Below, piece by piece: positions 1 to 11,933 of a DNA stretch of 64,000 nt. A program made the translations under genes and the position numbers. Origin of the DNA: an uncultured Porphyromonadaceae bacterium (GTDB lineage Bacteria > Bacteroidota > Bacteroidia > Bacteroidales > UBA11471). The stretch lies in NCBI GenBank assembly GCA_900547555.1, contig URHG01000007.1:454-64453 (forward strand), written 5' to 3'. The notes beneath the pieces are model-generated. The model saw nothing but the letters and a program-made list of their open reading frames with translations. It did not search any database and was not told the DNA's origin. The first letter of the stretch is position 1. Each line of letters opens with the position of its first letter.

Positions 1-1395
1 AAAGAAAATCCCGGTATCACACCGCAAACTCTACCGGTAGGAGAAGTAATACGCATTGCCTCCGACAATAAAGAATTGACAAAACCTCAACCTAAACCGG
101 AAATCTTTTATTACAAGATAAAAGGCCGCAAAGAAACCATCGAAAGCATTGCCGAAGAATTCAATGTAACGGTCGATGAAATACTCGCTGTAAACAATGG
201 AAAGAACAAAGTACAACGAGGAAATACGATCGCCATTCCCAAGAAAAATACCCAAACCGAAGTTTCTCAAACGCCCCCTGTCCAACTCAAAAGAAAAGAA
301 AAAGCCGAAGGAGCGCCTTATAATATAGCTCTTATCCTGCCATTCATGACAGATAAGCCTCTCGATACAAGATCAACACTCTATACCGAATTTTATCAGG
401 GTTTCCTTCTGGCAGCCGACAGTATGAAAAGAGCCGGTATGTCTCTCAATATCTACGCCATAGACACCCGTGGCAATCATCAATATGTCAAATCGCAACT
501 TGACTTGCTGGCCGATAAAGATCTCGATCTGATTATCGGCCCGGTCGAAGATGACGACATCTCTTCCGTCGCACAATTTGCAAAAAAGCACGATATCAAT
601 ATGGTAAATCCGTTTGCCGTAAAAAATATAGAAGCAGAACGCAATGACAAAGTATTCCAATGCAACATACCGCATGAGAACCTATATACGCAAAGCCGAG
701 AAAAAATCATCGAAGAAATAAACGGCCGATATGTCGTCTTCATTATCGACGACAGCGGAAAAGAAAACAGTAAAAACAGTTACCTCGACCTCATCAAAAA
801 AAGCCTCTTGCAACAAGAACGAGATTTTGTCGAAATCTCCCTGGGACAAGACCCATATATGGAGACTTTCAGCGAAATGGTTCCGGGTGCAACCGACATC
901 ATGTTCCTCACCAACGCATCAAGTCGTAGTTCGGTAGGAAAAGTATTGGCACCTTTAAGTAAACTGAAAGAAGAAAAGCCTTACCTGAATATTTCGCTTT
1001 ATGGATATCCCGAATGGCAACTCTATACCAAAGAATATATCAACCAGTTCCACCAACTGAATACCACTTTCTTCTCCCGTTTCTATACCCTACCTACCGA
1101 CTCGGCTTCGATGGAAATACAAGACAAGTTCTTGTTTTGGTTTCACAGGGATATGTTGCCGGCCAATCCCCAACATGTCTTGTTGGGCTACGATACGGGA
1201 CTTTTCTTTATGACGGCCCTGCAACAGCTCGGCCGCTGTTTCGATCGGGAGATACAGACATTGGCATATCCCGGAATACAAACGGGATATCACTTCCAAC
1301 GTATCAATAATTGGAGCGGATTCAACAACAACAATATCTACTTCATACGCTTCAAACCTTCACTCGAAATCGTACGAGAAACGATCACCGAATAA
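1..1395 (+). CDS. LysM domain / periplasmic-binding-fold protein (5' end outside window)
   Basis: Frame 1 is open from base 1, so the listed Met at 76 is probably internal. YYKIKGRKETIESIAEEFNVTVDEILAVNNGKNKVQRGNTIAIP is a LysM repeat, and bases 1-75 encode the tail of another (LPVGEVIRIAS). The remainder looks like a type-1 periplasmic binding fold. Confidence 0.7.
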   Translation, partial: KENPGITPQTLPVGEVIRIASDNKELTKPQPKPEIFYYKIKGRKETIESIAEEFNVTVDEILAVNNGKNKVQRGNTIAIPKKNTQTEVSQTPPVQLKRKEKAEGAPYNIALILPFMTDKPLDTRSTLYTEFYQGFLLAADSMKRAGMSLNIYAIDTRGNHQYVKSQLDLLADKDLDLIIGPVEDDDISSVAQFAKKHDINMVNPFAVKNIEAERNDKVFQCNIPHENLYTQSREKIIEEINGRYVVFIIDDSGKENSKNSYLDLIKKSLLQQERDFVEISLGQDPYMETFSEMVPGATDIMFLTNASSRSSVGKVLAPLSKLKEEKPYLNISLYGYPEWQLYTKEYINQFHQLNTTFFSRFYTLPTDSASMEIQDKFLFWFHRDMLPANPQHVLLGYDTGLFFMTALQQLGRCFDREIQTLAYPGIQTGYHFQRINNWSGFNNNNIYFIRFKPSLEIVRETITE

Positions 1396-1404
1396 TATCC
1401 ACTC

Positions 1405-2103
1405 ATGAAACGACTATCCAGCATCGGATTCCTTCTCATCTTATTCCTGTCTCTCTGTGCACAGTCTCATGCCCAGAGACGATACAACAACTACCGTTCG
1501 TTATCGGTCGGTGTCAAAGGCGGTGCAACTTTTTCGAAAGTCAATTTCAGACCATCGGTACGGGAAAGTTTTCTTCCCGGCATGACCGCTGGCGTATCGG
1601 TACGATATATCGAAGAAAAGTTTTTCGGTATCATAGGGGAAGTAAATTTCTGTCAGTTCGGCTGGCAAGAAGACTTTTCCAAACAAATTCCGAATACTTA
1701 CGAATACAGTCATACGATGAACTATATTACCGCCGCCATGCTCTCTCATATCTTTTTCGGAAATGAACCCATTCGGGGGTTCATCAATATGGGACCGCAA
1801 ATCGGTGTATACGTATCCGACAACTATTCTTCCAATTTCGATATTTACGAGTTACCGAATTTTTCCGAAAGTTGGGAAACGGGACAATATTACGAACCGA
1901 TTCAAACAAAATTCGATTACGGTATAACCGCAGGTATCGGCCTCGAACTAAAACTGAAAAAACACAGTATCATTCTTGAAGGCCGTTACTATTACGGGCT
2001 GAACGACTTTTTCGAGAACAGTAAAGGCAAAGACGCCTATTTTTCCGCTTCGGCGCACCAACAAATATCGGCAGCCATCTCCTATATGTTTCATATCAAA
2101 TAA
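1405..2103 (+). CDS. outer-membrane beta-barrel (PorT/porin-like) protein
   Basis: Signal peptide MKRLSSIGFLLILFLSLCAQSHAQ. Alternating hydrophobic beta-strand pattern, with an aromatic residue close to the C terminus (YMFHIK). About 230 aa, as in the PorT-like family. Confidence 0.6.
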   Translation: MKRLSSIGFLLILFLSLCAQSHAQRRYNNYRSLSVGVKGGATFSKVNFRPSVRESFLPGMTAGVSVRYIEEKFFGIIGEVNFCQFGWQEDFSKQIPNTYEYSHTMNYITAAMLSHIFFGNEPIRGFINMGPQIGVYVSDNYSSNFDIYELPNFSESWETGQYYEPIQTKFDYGITAGIGLELKLKKHSIILEGRYYYGLNDFFENSKGKDAYFSASAHQQISAAISYMFHIK

Positions 2104-2127
2104 GAAGCACAATAAAAATAAAACGAT

Positions 2128-2160
2128 AAAGGAGGGCAGTATTTTATACTGCCCTCCTTT
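2128..2160. terminator. bidirectional intrinsic terminator hairpin
   Basis: AAAGGAGGGCAGTA / TACTGCCCTCCTTT 14-bp stem flanked by A/T runs, between convergent genes. Confidence 0.6.
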
Positions 2161-2181
2161 ATCATTTTTTATTATCCCTTA

Positions 2182-3543
2182 TTATTGTACCGACAAATGC
2201 TGACGAGTCATTTTGCGTATATGGTACAACAAAGCAACAACGGCTATAATAAATGCAACTGTATCGGCTGCAGGAATACTCCACCAAACACCGTTGGTCC
2301 CATAAAAACGGGGTAATATCAACAGACAAGGTATCAAAAACAACAACTGCCTCGAAAGAGACAAGAAAATAGAAATCTGCGATTTTCCGATCGATTGGAA
2401 AAACTGTGTTATTACGATCTGCAAACCGACAATAGCAAATGCAGCACTCATTATACGCAAACCGTTGCGGGAAACGACCAACAACTCGGGGCTGTCGGTA
2501 AAGAAACCTACGATCACGCCGGGAATCAACTCATTTGCCAAAAAACCGATTGTTGTAATACAACCGCCGAAAATCAATCCATAATGCAATGTCTGCCTTA
2601 CTCTGTCAAAACGGTTGGCCCCATAATTATAACCGATAATAGGTTGCATACCTTGCGTCAACCCCATAACGACCATGACGAAAAGAGTAAGCATACGATT
2701 GACAATACCGTAGGCTCCAATCGCCATATCTCCACCATAATTCTGTAATGTCGTATTGATGATTATTACCACGATACATGCGCAAGAATTCATGAGAAAG
2801 GGCGACATTCCGATACTCAAAATAGAGGCTATAATACGACGGTGAAGTTTGAAACAACCTTTTTTAAAGGAAATGAAACTCTTTTTATTCAAAAAATGCG
2901 CCAAAACCCAAACCAAACCTGTCAATTGCGCTATGGCCGTCGCCATAGCTGCACCGCGAATTCCCCAATCCATGACAAAAATGAATATAGGCGCAACAAT
3001 CACATTGACCGCAACTGTAAGAAAGGACGAAAGCATCGCTTTCTTAGGATAACCTGTCGCACGCATCAGGTTATTCAGTCCGACAAACAAATACGCAATA
3101 GGATTGGCTATCAGTATAACCTGCATAAAATCCCGAGCATAAGGCAATGTTTCGTGGCTCGCCCCAAAAAACAGCAAAATAGGGTCAAGAAAAATAAGGG
3201 TTACAATTGTAACAAGCAACCCGTTCGCAAGCAACAAAATAGCCGCATTATGCAAAACAAAGGTCGCCCTTTGAATATCTTTCTGTCCCATATATATGGA
3301 ACTTATCGTTGCAGCTCCTACCCCCACAAGGGTACAAAATGCAATAATGAGATTCATCAAAGGAAAAGTAATGGCAAGACCGGCGATAGCCATCGCCCCC
3401 ACGCCATGCCCGATAAAAATACTGTCGATAACATTATACAACGACACTACGGTCATGGCGATGATAGCCGGTAAAGAATACTCTACCAATAATTTTCCGA
3501 TAGGAGCCGTACCCAATATTTGAGGAGACTGTTTATTCGACAT
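2182..3543 (-). CDS. MATE family efflux transporter
   Basis: 453 aa, about 12 hydrophobic helices. N-terminal GKLLVEYSLPAIIAMTVVSLYNVIDSIFIGHGVG is typical of the MATE/NorM family. Confidence 0.85.
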   Translation of the reverse strand: MSNKQSPQILGTAPIGKLLVEYSLPAIIAMTVVSLYNVIDSIFIGHGVGAMAIAGLAITFPLMNLIIAFCTLVGVGAATISSIYMGQKDIQRATFVLHNAAILLLANGLLVTIVTLIFLDPILLFFGASHETLPYARDFMQVILIANPIAYLFVGLNNLMRATGYPKKAMLSSFLTVAVNVIVAPIFIFVMDWGIRGAAMATAIAQLTGLVWVLAHFLNKKSFISFKKGCFKLHRRIIASILSIGMSPFLMNSCACIVVIIINTTLQNYGGDMAIGAYGIVNRMLTLFVMVVMGLTQGMQPIIGYNYGANRFDRVRQTLHYGLIFGGCITTIGFLANELIPGVIVGFFTDSPELLVVSRNGLRIMSAAFAIVGLQIVITQFFQSIGKSQISIFLSLSRQLLFLIPCLLILPRFYGTNGVWWSIPAADTVAFIIAVVALLYHIRKMTRQHLSVQ

Positions 3544-3652
3544 AAATCATCTTTTTCTTTAAATCCTTTAACGGCCGCAAAGGTACAAATTATTTGTGTA
3601 GTCGGGCGATTTTTATTTCCTTTGCAGCGTTAAACAAATACAATAAAGTCCG

Positions 3653-4288
3653 ATGGATACGACTATCGCCGCCCTTTTCGATTTAGACGGAGTCATTATC
3701 GACACCGAGCCTCAATACAGTGTTTTTTGGGATAAGACCGGTGCCGAATATTTACACGACACCGACCATTTCGGCATGAAAATCAAAGGAAATACGTTGC
3801 GCCAGATTTTCGACCTTTTTTTTGCCGGGCATGAAGATTGGCAAAAACAAATAGCCTCGGATCTTCTGAAATGGGAGAAATCCATGCATTTCGACCTGAT
3901 ACCGGGAATTCTCGAATTTTTAAAAGCATTACGTGATAATCATATCCGCACTGCGATTGTTACCAGTTCGGACAACGAAAAATTAGACAGCCTGTGGCAG
4001 GCACACCCCGAACTTAAAGGATATTTCGATACAATTATATCGGCCGATGACATTACCCGTTCGAAACCCGATCCCGAAGGTTATCTTTTGGCCGCACACA
4101 GATTGGGAGTGAAACCTGAAAAAGCTTTCGTTTTCGAAGATTCCCGAGCCGGATTGCAGGCTGGTCGCGCAGGCGGCATGACGGTCATCGGCGTAGCAAC
4201 CACCCTCTCTGCCGATGAAATAATACCCCTCGCCGATCGCGTCATCAATGATTTTACAGGAATATCTCCTCAGGAAATTTTAGTATAA
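3653..4288 (+). CDS. HAD-superfamily hydrolase (beta-phosphoglucomutase-like)
   Basis: Motif I DLDGVIIDTE, motif II VTSS, C-terminal FEDSRAGLQAG. Confidence 0.8.
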   Translation: MDTTIAALFDLDGVIIDTEPQYSVFWDKTGAEYLHDTDHFGMKIKGNTLRQIFDLFFAGHEDWQKQIASDLLKWEKSMHFDLIPGILEFLKALRDNHIRTAIVTSSDNEKLDSLWQAHPELKGYFDTIISADDITRSKPDPEGYLLAAHRLGVKPEKAFVFEDSRAGLQAGRAGGMTVIGVATTLSADEIIPLADRVINDFTGISPQEILV

Positions 4289-4331
4289 CGTTTCTCCTGT
4301 TTATCCGGGAAAATTCTTCACCACTCAAAAA

Positions 4332-5102
4332 TCACGGACAATCGGGGTGATGATAACGACCTTTCTTTTCTGAAATACGGCCATATTCAATAGCCCTCAC
4401 GGGACAACGGTGTATACAAGCCAAGCATTGAACGCACCCTTTCTTCTTCCATCGGGGACGACCTTCCCGATCTCCCGAAATCGTTTTTGTAGGGCATATT
4501 CGGATACATTTTCCACATGCCGTACAAGCATCGGTTACACGAAACGAATTTCCCGAACAAACGTATTTCCTGAACAATGGATATACGAGACTTTTCAATC
4601 CCGGTAACTTTCCCGAACCGTACAACCGATGCGCTCCCCCTCGTCTTACTGCTTCGACTATGGCTTGTACACGGGCAGAAGCCGCATTTAACTTTTCCTC
4701 TGCAACAGACGGTGCGTCGACATCGAACCCGGGCAGTAAAATATAATTATTCGGCATCTGTACAGAAAAAGCGGATGTCAGCCGCAAACCTTTACGATGC
4801 AACATTTTATCGACGATTTTATCTGTCCGACCACAATCGTCCCCACATACGCATACTATATATATCGGTTGACCGGTATAATCATCGGTAACAAATCCAT
4901 CGATAAAATCAAACATTGGGACAGCCGGCCCCCATGAATGGACGGGGAAAACAAGAAACAACGGTTCTTTATCCGAAAAAACAGATAAGCGACTCCCCTC
5001 TTCTTTCCGAGATACCACCGAATGTAACGACATGCCGAAAGCATCGGCCAACTGCCGGGCGACCCACAAAGAATTTCCTGTTGCCGAAAAATAAAAGACC
5101 AT
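4332..5102 (-). CDS. flavodoxin-like / 2x[4Fe-4S] ferredoxin-domain protein (EFR1-type)
   Basis: N-terminal flavodoxin-like MVFYFSATGNS. Two CxxCxxCxxxCP clusters (CTACGKCIRICP, CVQCLACIHRCP). Confidence 0.7.
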   Translation of the reverse strand: MVFYFSATGNSLWVARQLADAFGMSLHSVVSRKEEGSRLSVFSDKEPLFLVFPVHSWGPAVPMFDFIDGFVTDDYTGQPIYIVCVCGDDCGRTDKIVDKMLHRKGLRLTSAFSVQMPNNYILLPGFDVDAPSVAEEKLNAASARVQAIVEAVRRGGAHRLYGSGKLPGLKSLVYPLFRKYVCSGNSFRVTDACTACGKCIRICPTKTISGDREGRPRWKKKGCVQCLACIHRCPVRAIEYGRISEKKGRYHHPDCP

Positions 5103-5104
5103 AA

Positions 5105-5932
5105 CTACTCGATAGCAAAAGTATTCACAACCTTCCGCAAGGCAACCAAGCGACTCAGCAAGGAATCCAATCGATGAAGAGGTAGCATATTGGCGCCATC
5201 GGATTTCGCTTTTTCAGGCTCCGGGTGCGTTTCCATAAAAAGACCATCTACCCCGACCGCCACACCGGCCCGGGCTATCGTCTCGATAAGACGGGGCATT
5301 CCGCCGGTTACCCCGCACGTCTGATTGGGTTGCTGCAAAGAGTGCGTTACATCAAGCACTACGGGGAAACCGCTCGCCTGCATTTCGGGAATACCTCGGT
5401 AATCGACAATCAAATCCTGATAACCGAATGTCGTACCTCGTTCGGTAAGCATGACATGATTATTGCCGGCTTCGACGACTTTATCTGCTGCAAACTGCAT
5501 GGCTTCGGGCGAAAGGAACTGTCCTTTTTTTATATTCACTATTTTCCCCGTTCGAGCCGCAGCCAGCAACAAATCGGTCTGTCTGCATAAAAATGCGGGT
5601 ATTTGCAACACATCGACATATTCGGCTGCCATAGCAGCTTCATCGGCCGTATGAATATCGGTTACCACCGGAATACCGAATGTCTCACGTATCTTACGCA
5701 ATATGCGCAACGCCTTTTCATCGCCAATACCCGTGAATGAATCGATACGGGAGCGATTGGCTTTACGGTATGAACCTTTGAATATATAGGGAATCTTCCA
5801 CTTATCGGTAATTTTTACGATAGTCTCGGCTATATGCATAGCCATTTCTTCTCCTTCGATAACGCAAGGACCGGCCAATAGAAAAAACATTCCGGAACCG
5901 GTATGTTTCAGTTGTTCGATTTGGGGATACAT
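5105..5932 (-). CDS. kdsA: 3-deoxy-8-phosphooctulonate (KDO-8-P) synthase
   Basis: FFLLAGPCVIE, KGSYRKANRSRIDSFTGIG and DVTHSLQQPN are hallmark KdsA segments. 275 aa. Confidence 0.9.
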   Translation of the reverse strand: MYPQIEQLKHTGSGMFFLLAGPCVIEGEEMAMHIAETIVKITDKWKIPYIFKGSYRKANRSRIDSFTGIGDEKALRILRKIRETFGIPVVTDIHTADEAAMAAEYVDVLQIPAFLCRQTDLLLAAARTGKIVNIKKGQFLSPEAMQFAADKVVEAGNNHVMLTERGTTFGYQDLIVDYRGIPEMQASGFPVVLDVTHSLQQPNQTCGVTGGMPRLIETIARAGVAVGVDGLFMETHPEPEKAKSDGANMLPLHRLDSLLSRLVALRKVVNTFAIE

Positions 5933-5938
5933 CGTTTT

Positions 5939-6658
5939 TTATTTAACTATGTTATTTTTCATCATATTCATCACATGTAACGTATGGCAAGCAACCAATC
6001 CTGCTGTTTCGGTACGTAAACGGGTATCGCCCAACGATATGGGGCGAAAACCGTTTGTCACGGCCAAATCAACTTCTTCGGGACTGAAATCGCCCTCGGG
6101 TCCTATCAATATCACGGCATCGTGCCCCGGCTTGTAACAATCGGTCAACAATACCCGTTCATCGTCCCGGCAATGAGCGATATATTTTTCGCCATCGAAC
6201 GGACGTTCGACAAAATGTCGAAAATCGGTCATTTCATCGAGACGGGGGCATACGGCTTTGAGCGATTGCTTCATCGCCGAAACGAGTATTTTCCGCAACC
6301 GATCGGTTTTCAGTTCCTTCCTCTCGGAAAAACGACAAAGCAACGGCGTTATCGAGTCGATACCTACCTCGGTACATTTCTCGGCAAACCATTCCATACG
6401 ATCGATATTCTTGGTTGGGGCAATAGCGATATGCACCTTAAATTTCCATGACGGAGGCGTCGGAATCGTCTCGACAATTTCTACGGCACAACGCTTCGGG
6501 TGAGCCAAAGATATAACCGCTTTATAAAAAGTTCCCATGCCATCGGCCAGTAATATTTCCGCTCCTTCGGGCAACCGCAACACTTTTACGCAGTGATGGG
6601 ATTCTTCTTCGGGCAATTCACGGACAATGGCAATATCCGGGGTATAAAATATATGCAT
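5939..6658 (-). CDS. rsmE: 16S rRNA (uracil1498-N3)-methyltransferase
   Basis: N-terminal PUA-like HIFY..., C-terminal IGPEGDFSPEEV and LG.TRLRTETA SPOUT knot motifs. Confidence 0.85.
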   Translation of the reverse strand: MHIFYTPDIAIVRELPEEESHHCVKVLRLPEGAEILLADGMGTFYKAVISLAHPKRCAVEIVETIPTPPSWKFKVHIAIAPTKNIDRMEWFAEKCTEVGIDSITPLLCRFSERKELKTDRLRKILVSAMKQSLKAVCPRLDEMTDFRHFVERPFDGEKYIAHCRDDERVLLTDCYKPGHDAVILIGPEGDFSPEEVDLAVTNGFRPISLGDTRLRTETAGLVACHTLHVMNMMKNNIVK

Positions 6659-6848
6659 CTTTCTATTTTTTGAGATATGCTATTCCGGCTTTCCAAACCG
6701 AGCAAGCTCCGATAATGCTTACTGCGCAAAGATACGAAATAGTACCGATTATTTTCAGAAATACAGAGTGATCTTTCACGGGATACACCCTACCCCTTAT
6801 CGGGAAAGAGATTTTCCAACAAGTACAAATCATACTCCCTCTCTTCAC

Positions 6849-7457
6849 TCATGATGGAAGCGAATCCTCTCCCGAGCGCCGTTTCAGTTCCTGCTGTATG
6901 CGAGAAGCCTGCTCATATTCTTCTTTATCGACGGCTTGTTGTAAACGCCTTTTCAATTCTTCCGTACTATACGACTCGATAGAAAATTTTTTTACCGGAA
7001 TATCTGTCTCCGTATCTGTATTTTTTCCCGACGATATTTCTATGGGATCGGGGGTAATTCCCGCACTATCCAATATAGAACGTGTCGTAAATATAGGCGC
7101 ATGCATACGCATGGCCAATGCTATCGCATCGGACGCGCGAGCATCGATATGTACTTCTCTGTCTCCATCATTAAAAATCATTTCGGTCGAGAATAGTCCG
7201 TCCTCGTAATGATATATAAATATCTCTTGCAACTGTATACCGAAAGCCTTGGAAAACGAAGAAAACAAATCATGCGTAAGAGGTCGTTGAGGGACAACCC
7301 GCTGTATGAACGCCATAATAGATTGAGCCTCGGCCAGCCTAATGGCAATAGGCAGCTGCCGTACACCGCCCTCCTCTATCATTATCAAAATATAGGTTTC
7401 GGGGTGCGTTCGATTATATGTAATGCCTAAAACGTTTAACGCCACTTTTTCATTCAT
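6849..7457 (-). CDS. bifunctional nuclease (DUF151) family protein with C-terminal UVR motif
   Basis: The LPIAIRLAEAQSI...THDL and DARASDAIALA pattern fits DUF151. C-terminal EEYEQASRIQQELKRR is UvrB/C-like. Confidence 0.7.
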   Translation of the reverse strand: MNEKVALNVLGITYNRTHPETYILIMIEEGGVRQLPIAIRLAEAQSIMAFIQRVVPQRPLTHDLFSSFSKAFGIQLQEIFIYHYEDGLFSTEMIFNDGDREVHIDARASDAIALAMRMHAPIFTTRSILDSAGITPDPIEISSGKNTDTETDIPVKKFSIESYSTEELKRRLQQAVDKEEYEQASRIQQELKRRSGEDSLPS

Positions 7458-7535
7458 ATCGGTTTCGTTTTTCTTTATAACGATTTTATCCCGTAATCAG
7501 TTGTAAAAGAGTATATAATAAAACTCCGACTCATC

Positions 7536-8045
7536 TCATTGTACCGTATCTTTCTCGATTGTAACCAAACAACCTACCGTAACAAGGTCTACCAACTTTT
7601 CTACATCTCTGTTGTGAAGACGTATGCAACCTTCGCTACAACGAGTCCCGATCGACTCGGGAAAACAAGTACCGTGTATCCCTATTCCTGTAAACCCTCT
7701 CACACCTAATCTGATAAAATAAGGGCCATAAGCTTTTTCGATAAGACCTTTACCATCACAGAAATCATGAGCCCAACGGGAAGAGTTCTGTATCTGAGTA
7801 ATCGGGAAACAGCCTTCGGGAGTACGATTGTCGCCTTTCTTCTGCTTGTTTCCCAGTTCCTTGCCACAACCTATCATACAACGCAACAATACTTGCCCGC
7901 CGACACTATAAACCGTAAGTTCCATATCCGATTTCGATATGTGAACATAATTCGATGACTTTTCCTGTGCCGACAGATTTATTCCGCACACAGACAAAAG
8001 CAGTGCCAGCATACACAGATATATCGCTCTCGAATAAAAAGCCAT
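7536..8045 (-). CDS. L,D-transpeptidase (YkuD) family protein
   Basis: Signal peptide, plus catalytic IGIHGT....SEGCIRL motif. Confidence 0.8.
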   Translation of the reverse strand: MAFYSRAIYLCMLALLLSVCGINLSAQEKSSNYVHISKSDMELTVYSVGGQVLLRCMIGCGKELGNKQKKGDNRTPEGCFPITQIQNSSRWAHDFCDGKGLIEKAYGPYFIRLGVRGFTGIGIHGTCFPESIGTRCSEGCIRLHNRDVEKLVDLVTVGCLVTIEKDTVQ

Positions 8046-8150
8046 AACCTTCCTAAATTTACAAATTTATTTTCGTGTGTAAATATAGCAATAATATTTA
8101 CCCTCTACTCAATATTTCGCCTTTATTCACCCCTATTTTCTCTTTTTTAT

Positions 8151-8158
8151 TACCTTTG
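8151..8158 (+). promoter_or_regulatory. Bacteroidota -7 promoter box (TACCTTTG) upstream of metH
   Basis: Exact TAnnTTTG match 26 nt before the ATG at 8184. Confidence 0.4.
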
Positions 8159-8183
8159 TCTTCTTAAATATTTTATTCCGATA

Positions 8184-11100
8184 ATGCACGTTAAAGAAAT
8201 TCTCGACAACAGAATTATGGTTCTCGACGGAGCCATGGGAACCATGATCCAGCAATACGGCCTTACCGAAAAAGATTTCAGAGGAGAAAGATTTTCCGAT
8301 ACCGGCATTTTGCAAAAAGGGAACAACGACCTGCTTTGCCTCACCCAACCGCAAATCATCACAGCAATACACAAGGCATATCTCGATGCCGGAGCAGACA
8401 TCATCGAAACCAACTCTTTCAACTCCACACGCATATCGATGGACGACTACGGAATGCAAGAGCATATTGCAGAAATAAATTTCGAAGCGGCTCGAATTGC
8501 CCGAAATATCGCAGACGACTATACAAGAAAAACTCCTGACAAACCCCGATTCGTTGCAGGCTCGGTTGGCCCGACCAACAAGACTTGTTCCATGTCTCCC
8601 GACGTCAACAATCCGGCTTTCCGCGCATTGACATTCGACGATCTCGCCGAGGCATATCGGGAACAAATAACGGCACTTATCGATGGCGGCGTAGATTTAC
8701 TCCTCATCGAAACGATTTTCGATACCCTTAATGCCAAAGCCGCATTGTACGCAGCCGCCGAATCCATGCAAGAAAGAAAGAAAAATATCCCCATCATGCT
8801 CTCGGTTACTCTCTCCGATATAGGTGGACGTACTTTATCGGGGCAAACGCTGGACGCATTTCTCGCCTCGGTACGACATGCAGATATTTTATCGATAGGA
8901 CTGAATTGTTCTTTCGGTGCCCGAGACATGAAACCTTTCCTGAAACAACTGGCAGAAACAGCACCATACTACATCTCGGCCTACCCCAATGCAGGATTGC
9001 CCAACCGTTTCGGGCAATACGATGAAACACCCGAAACAATGGCTGCTCAAATCAAGGAGTTCATAGATGAAGGTCTGGTCAATATCATCGGAGGCTGTTG
9101 CGGAACGACACCCGAACATATCTCCGCCATCGCTCAACTGGTAACAGACGCCACTCCCCATCGTCCGCATATAAAGGAAAACATACTCTGCTTATCGGGC
9201 TTGGAGGAATTGAAAATTATTCCCGAGAATAATTTTATCAATGTCGGTGAACGGTGCAACGTGGCCGGTTCTCGTAAATTCTTACGACTGATTTCGGAGA
9301 AAAAATACGATGAAGCTCTGGGGATAGCCCGCAAACAAGTGGAAGACGGAGCACAAATCATCGACATCAATATGGACGACGCCATGCTCGATGCACAAAA
9401 CGAAATGGTAACGTTCCTGAATCTCATTGCTTCGGAACCCGAAATTTGCCGTGTTCCGATCATGATAGATTCTTCGAAATGGCCAGTCATTCTCGCCGGA
9501 CTGAAATGCATACAAGGAAAAGGTATCGTCAATTCCATCAGTCTGAAAGAAGGTGAAGAAACATTCCTCGCTCATGCCCGCATCATACACAGGCTCGGAG
9601 CCGCTATGGTCGTAATGGCTTTTGACGAAACAGGTCAGGCCGACAGTTACGACCGTAAAATTGCCGTTTGTAAAAGAGCTTACGACTTGCTCGTACACAA
9701 TGGAATCAACCCCAATGATATTATTTTCGACCCCAATGTTCTGGCTCTCGCCACCGGTATCGAAGAGCACCTCAATTACGGCACGGACTTTATACGAGCC
9801 GTAAAATGGATAAAAGAAAACCTCCCGGGAGCAAAAGTAAGCGGGGGTATCAGCAACTTGTCTTTTTCATTCCGAGGCAACAATTACATACGCGAAGCCA
9901 TGCACGCAGTCTTTTTGTTCCATGCCATACGCGCAGGAATGGATATAGCCATCGTCAATCCCGCAACGACAGTCGCATACGCCGATATTCCCCGGGAACT
10001 GCTCGCCTGCATCGAAGATGTCATCTTCAACCGACGCCCCGACGCGACTGAACGGCTAATAGAGGCTGCGGAATCTCTTAAAAACGAATCGGTACAAAGC
10101 ACCCATACCCCACAAACCGACATACGCGACGAAATGTCTCTCGACGAACGGCTCGAATACGCTCTCGTCAAAGGCTCGACAGACCGACTCGACGCCGACC
10201 TGCATGAAGCCCTGTCGGTATACGGTAATGCCGTAAAAATCATCGAAGGGCCGTTGATGAACGGAATGAACCGAGTGGGGAAACTTTTCGGTGAAGGAAA
10301 AATGTTTCTTCCGCAAGTGGTAAAAACTGCTCGTACCATGAAACAGGCCGTTGCTATTTTGCAACCCTATATTCCCATACAAAAAGAGAGTTCCCGGAAA
10401 AACGGTAAATTTCTCTTGGCTACCGTCAAAGGAGATGTGCATGACATAGGAAAAAACATCGTCGCCGTCGTACTCGGTTGCAACAACTACGACATTATAG
10501 ATCTCGGCGTCATGGTTCCTGCCGAAACAATCATAGAAACCGCCATACGGGAAAAAGTAGATATAATAGGTGTAAGCGGTCTTATTACTCCGTCTCTTGA
10601 AGAGATGTGCCGCATTGCCGAAGCCATGGAAAAAGCGGGGCTGCAAATTCCGCTTATGGTCGGAGGCGCAACAACCTCGAAATTACACACCGCCGTAAAA
10701 ATAGCCCCATGTTACAGCGGCCCTGTAATCCATACACGCGATGCCGCACAAATTCCTACTGTTGCGGCCCAATGGCTCAATCGGCAAACACGAGAAAAAT
10801 TCTTATTGGAATTGCGACGTGAACAAGCCGAATTACGCCACTCTATCGAAAACCGGCAAGAAGCGTTGGTTTCTTATCCGGAGGCCAATGCAAACGCATT
10901 TGTCGCCGAGTGGAAAAATTACAAACCGACAGAACCTCAATATCCCGGAATAACAAAGGAAGAAAGGATTTCGATACAAGAGATACGGCCTTACATCAAC
11001 TGGAAATATTTTCTACACACATGGAAGCTAACCGGAAATCAACTCCCGGACGATTGCAGTTGCGAACACTGCAAGGCTCAACTCCCCATAACAAAGACGG

Positions 11101-11864
11101 CCGGAGAAACTGACAAATCTTATGAAACGCATCGTCTCATAACCGATGCGGAATCGCGGCTCGACCAACTTGAAAAAGAGAAGGATTCGATGTTCCTGCA
11201 AGCCCGTTTCGGAATCTATCGAGCTAACAGCGAGGGAAACCGAATTATTTTTCAGACCTCCGAAGGAGAGATAAAAATTCCTTGTTTACGACAACAAAAA
11301 CAAAAACCGGAGGGGAAATTTCTTGCTTTGTCGGACTTCGTTATGCCACAAAGCGAAAACCATACCGACTATGTCGGCGCATTCGTTGTAACGATAAGTC
11401 CGGAATTAGCTGCAAGAATCGAACATCTCAAACGGTGCGATGACCATTACGAGACCTTGATGCTGCAATCACTCTGCGACAGAATGGTCGAAGCCGCAAC
11501 AGAATGGCTGCATTATCGTATCCGAACCCGTCACTGGGGATATAACCCTATGGAAAAACCGCATATCCCGTCGTTGCTTTCCCAGCACTATCAAGGCATA
11601 CGTCCGGCCATAGGATACCCTTCCTTACCCGACCAGTCGCTCAGTTTCGTACTTGATGAAATTCTCGATTTCAAAAAAATAGGTGTTTCTATAACCGAGA
11701 ACGGAGCCATGTACCCCACCTCTACCGTCTCGGGAATTCTCATTGCACACCCACAATCGACCTATTTCCATATCGGGAGTATCGATGAAACACAACGAAA
11801 GGCATATTGCCGGGAACGCGGATATGCGATCGAGGATTCTTTCAAATGGCTCTCTGTCTCATGA
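8184..11864 (+). CDS. metH: cobalamin-dependent methionine synthase
   Basis: 1226 aa with all four modules. Hcy-binding ([11 protein letters not shown]), pterin-binding, B12-binding DxHxxG ([10 protein letters not shown]) and the AdoMet reactivation domain. Confidence 0.95.
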   Translation: MHVKEILDNRIMVLDGAMGTMIQQYGLTEKDFRGERFSDTGILQKGNNDLLCLTQPQIITAIHKAYLDAGADIIETNSFNSTRISMDDYGMQEHIAEINFEAARIARNIADDYTRKTPDKPRFVAGSVGPTNKTCSMSPDVNNPAFRALTFDDLAEAYREQITALIDGGVDLLLIETIFDTLNAKAALYAAAESMQERKKNIPIMLSVTLSDIGGRTLSGQTLDAFLASVRHADILSIGLNCSFGARDMKPFLKQLAETAPYYISAYPNAGLPNRFGQYDETPETMAAQIKEFIDEGLVNIIGGCCGTTPEHISAIAQLVTDATPHRPHIKENILCLSGLEELKIIPENNFINVGERCNVAGSRKFLRLISEKKYDEALGIARKQVEDGAQIIDINMDDAMLDAQNEMVTFLNLIASEPEICRVPIMIDSSKWPVILAGLKCIQGKGIVNSISLKEGEETFLAHARIIHRLGAAMVVMAFDETGQADSYDRKIAVCKRAYDLLVHNGINPNDIIFDPNVLALATGIEEHLNYGTDFIRAVKWIKENLPGAKVSGGISNLSFSFRGNNYIREAMHAVFLFHAIRAGMDIAIVNPATTVAYADIPRELLACIEDVIFNRRPDATERLIEAAESLKNESVQSTHTPQTDIRDEMSLDERLEYALVKGSTDRLDADLHEALSVYGNAVKIIEGPLMNGMNRVGKLFGEGKMFLPQVVKTARTMKQAVAILQPYIPIQKESSRKNGKFLLATVKGDVHDIGKNIVAVVLGCNNYDIIDLGVMVPAETIIETAIREKVDIIGVSGLITPSLEEMCRIAEAMEKAGLQIPLMVGGATTSKLHTAVKIAPCYSGPVIHTRDAAQIPTVAAQWLNRQTREKFLLELRREQAELRHSIENRQEALVSYPEANANAFVAEWKNYKPTEPQYPGITKEERISIQEIRPYINWKYFLHTWKLTGNQLPDDCSCEHCKAQLPITKTAGETDKSYETHRLITDAESRLDQLEKEKDSMFLQARFGIYRANSEGNRIIFQTSEGEIKIPCLRQQKQKPEGKFLALSDFVMPQSENHTDYVGAFVVTISPELAARIEHLKRCDDHYETLMLQSLCDRMVEAATEWLHYRIRTRHWGYNPMEKPHIPSLLSQHYQGIRPAIGYPSLPDQSLSFVLDEILDFKKIGVSITENGAMYPTSTVSGILIAHPQSTYFHIGSIDETQRKAYCRERGYAIEDSFKWLSVS

Positions 11865-11933
11865 ACCAAAAATCCGATCATTCTGTTTACTTATAATAAG
11901 TAAAATATTAACTAACTTCAAATCAGACAAATT

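Noticed and set aside
6663-6848. 61-aa minus-strand ORF between the DUF151 nuclease gene and rsmE
   Set aside because: It starts at a GTG directly abutting the upstream stop. It has no recognisable features, and it contains the TATCTTTG -7 box (plus-strand CAAAGATA at 6727-6734) that more plausibly serves as the rsmE promoter.
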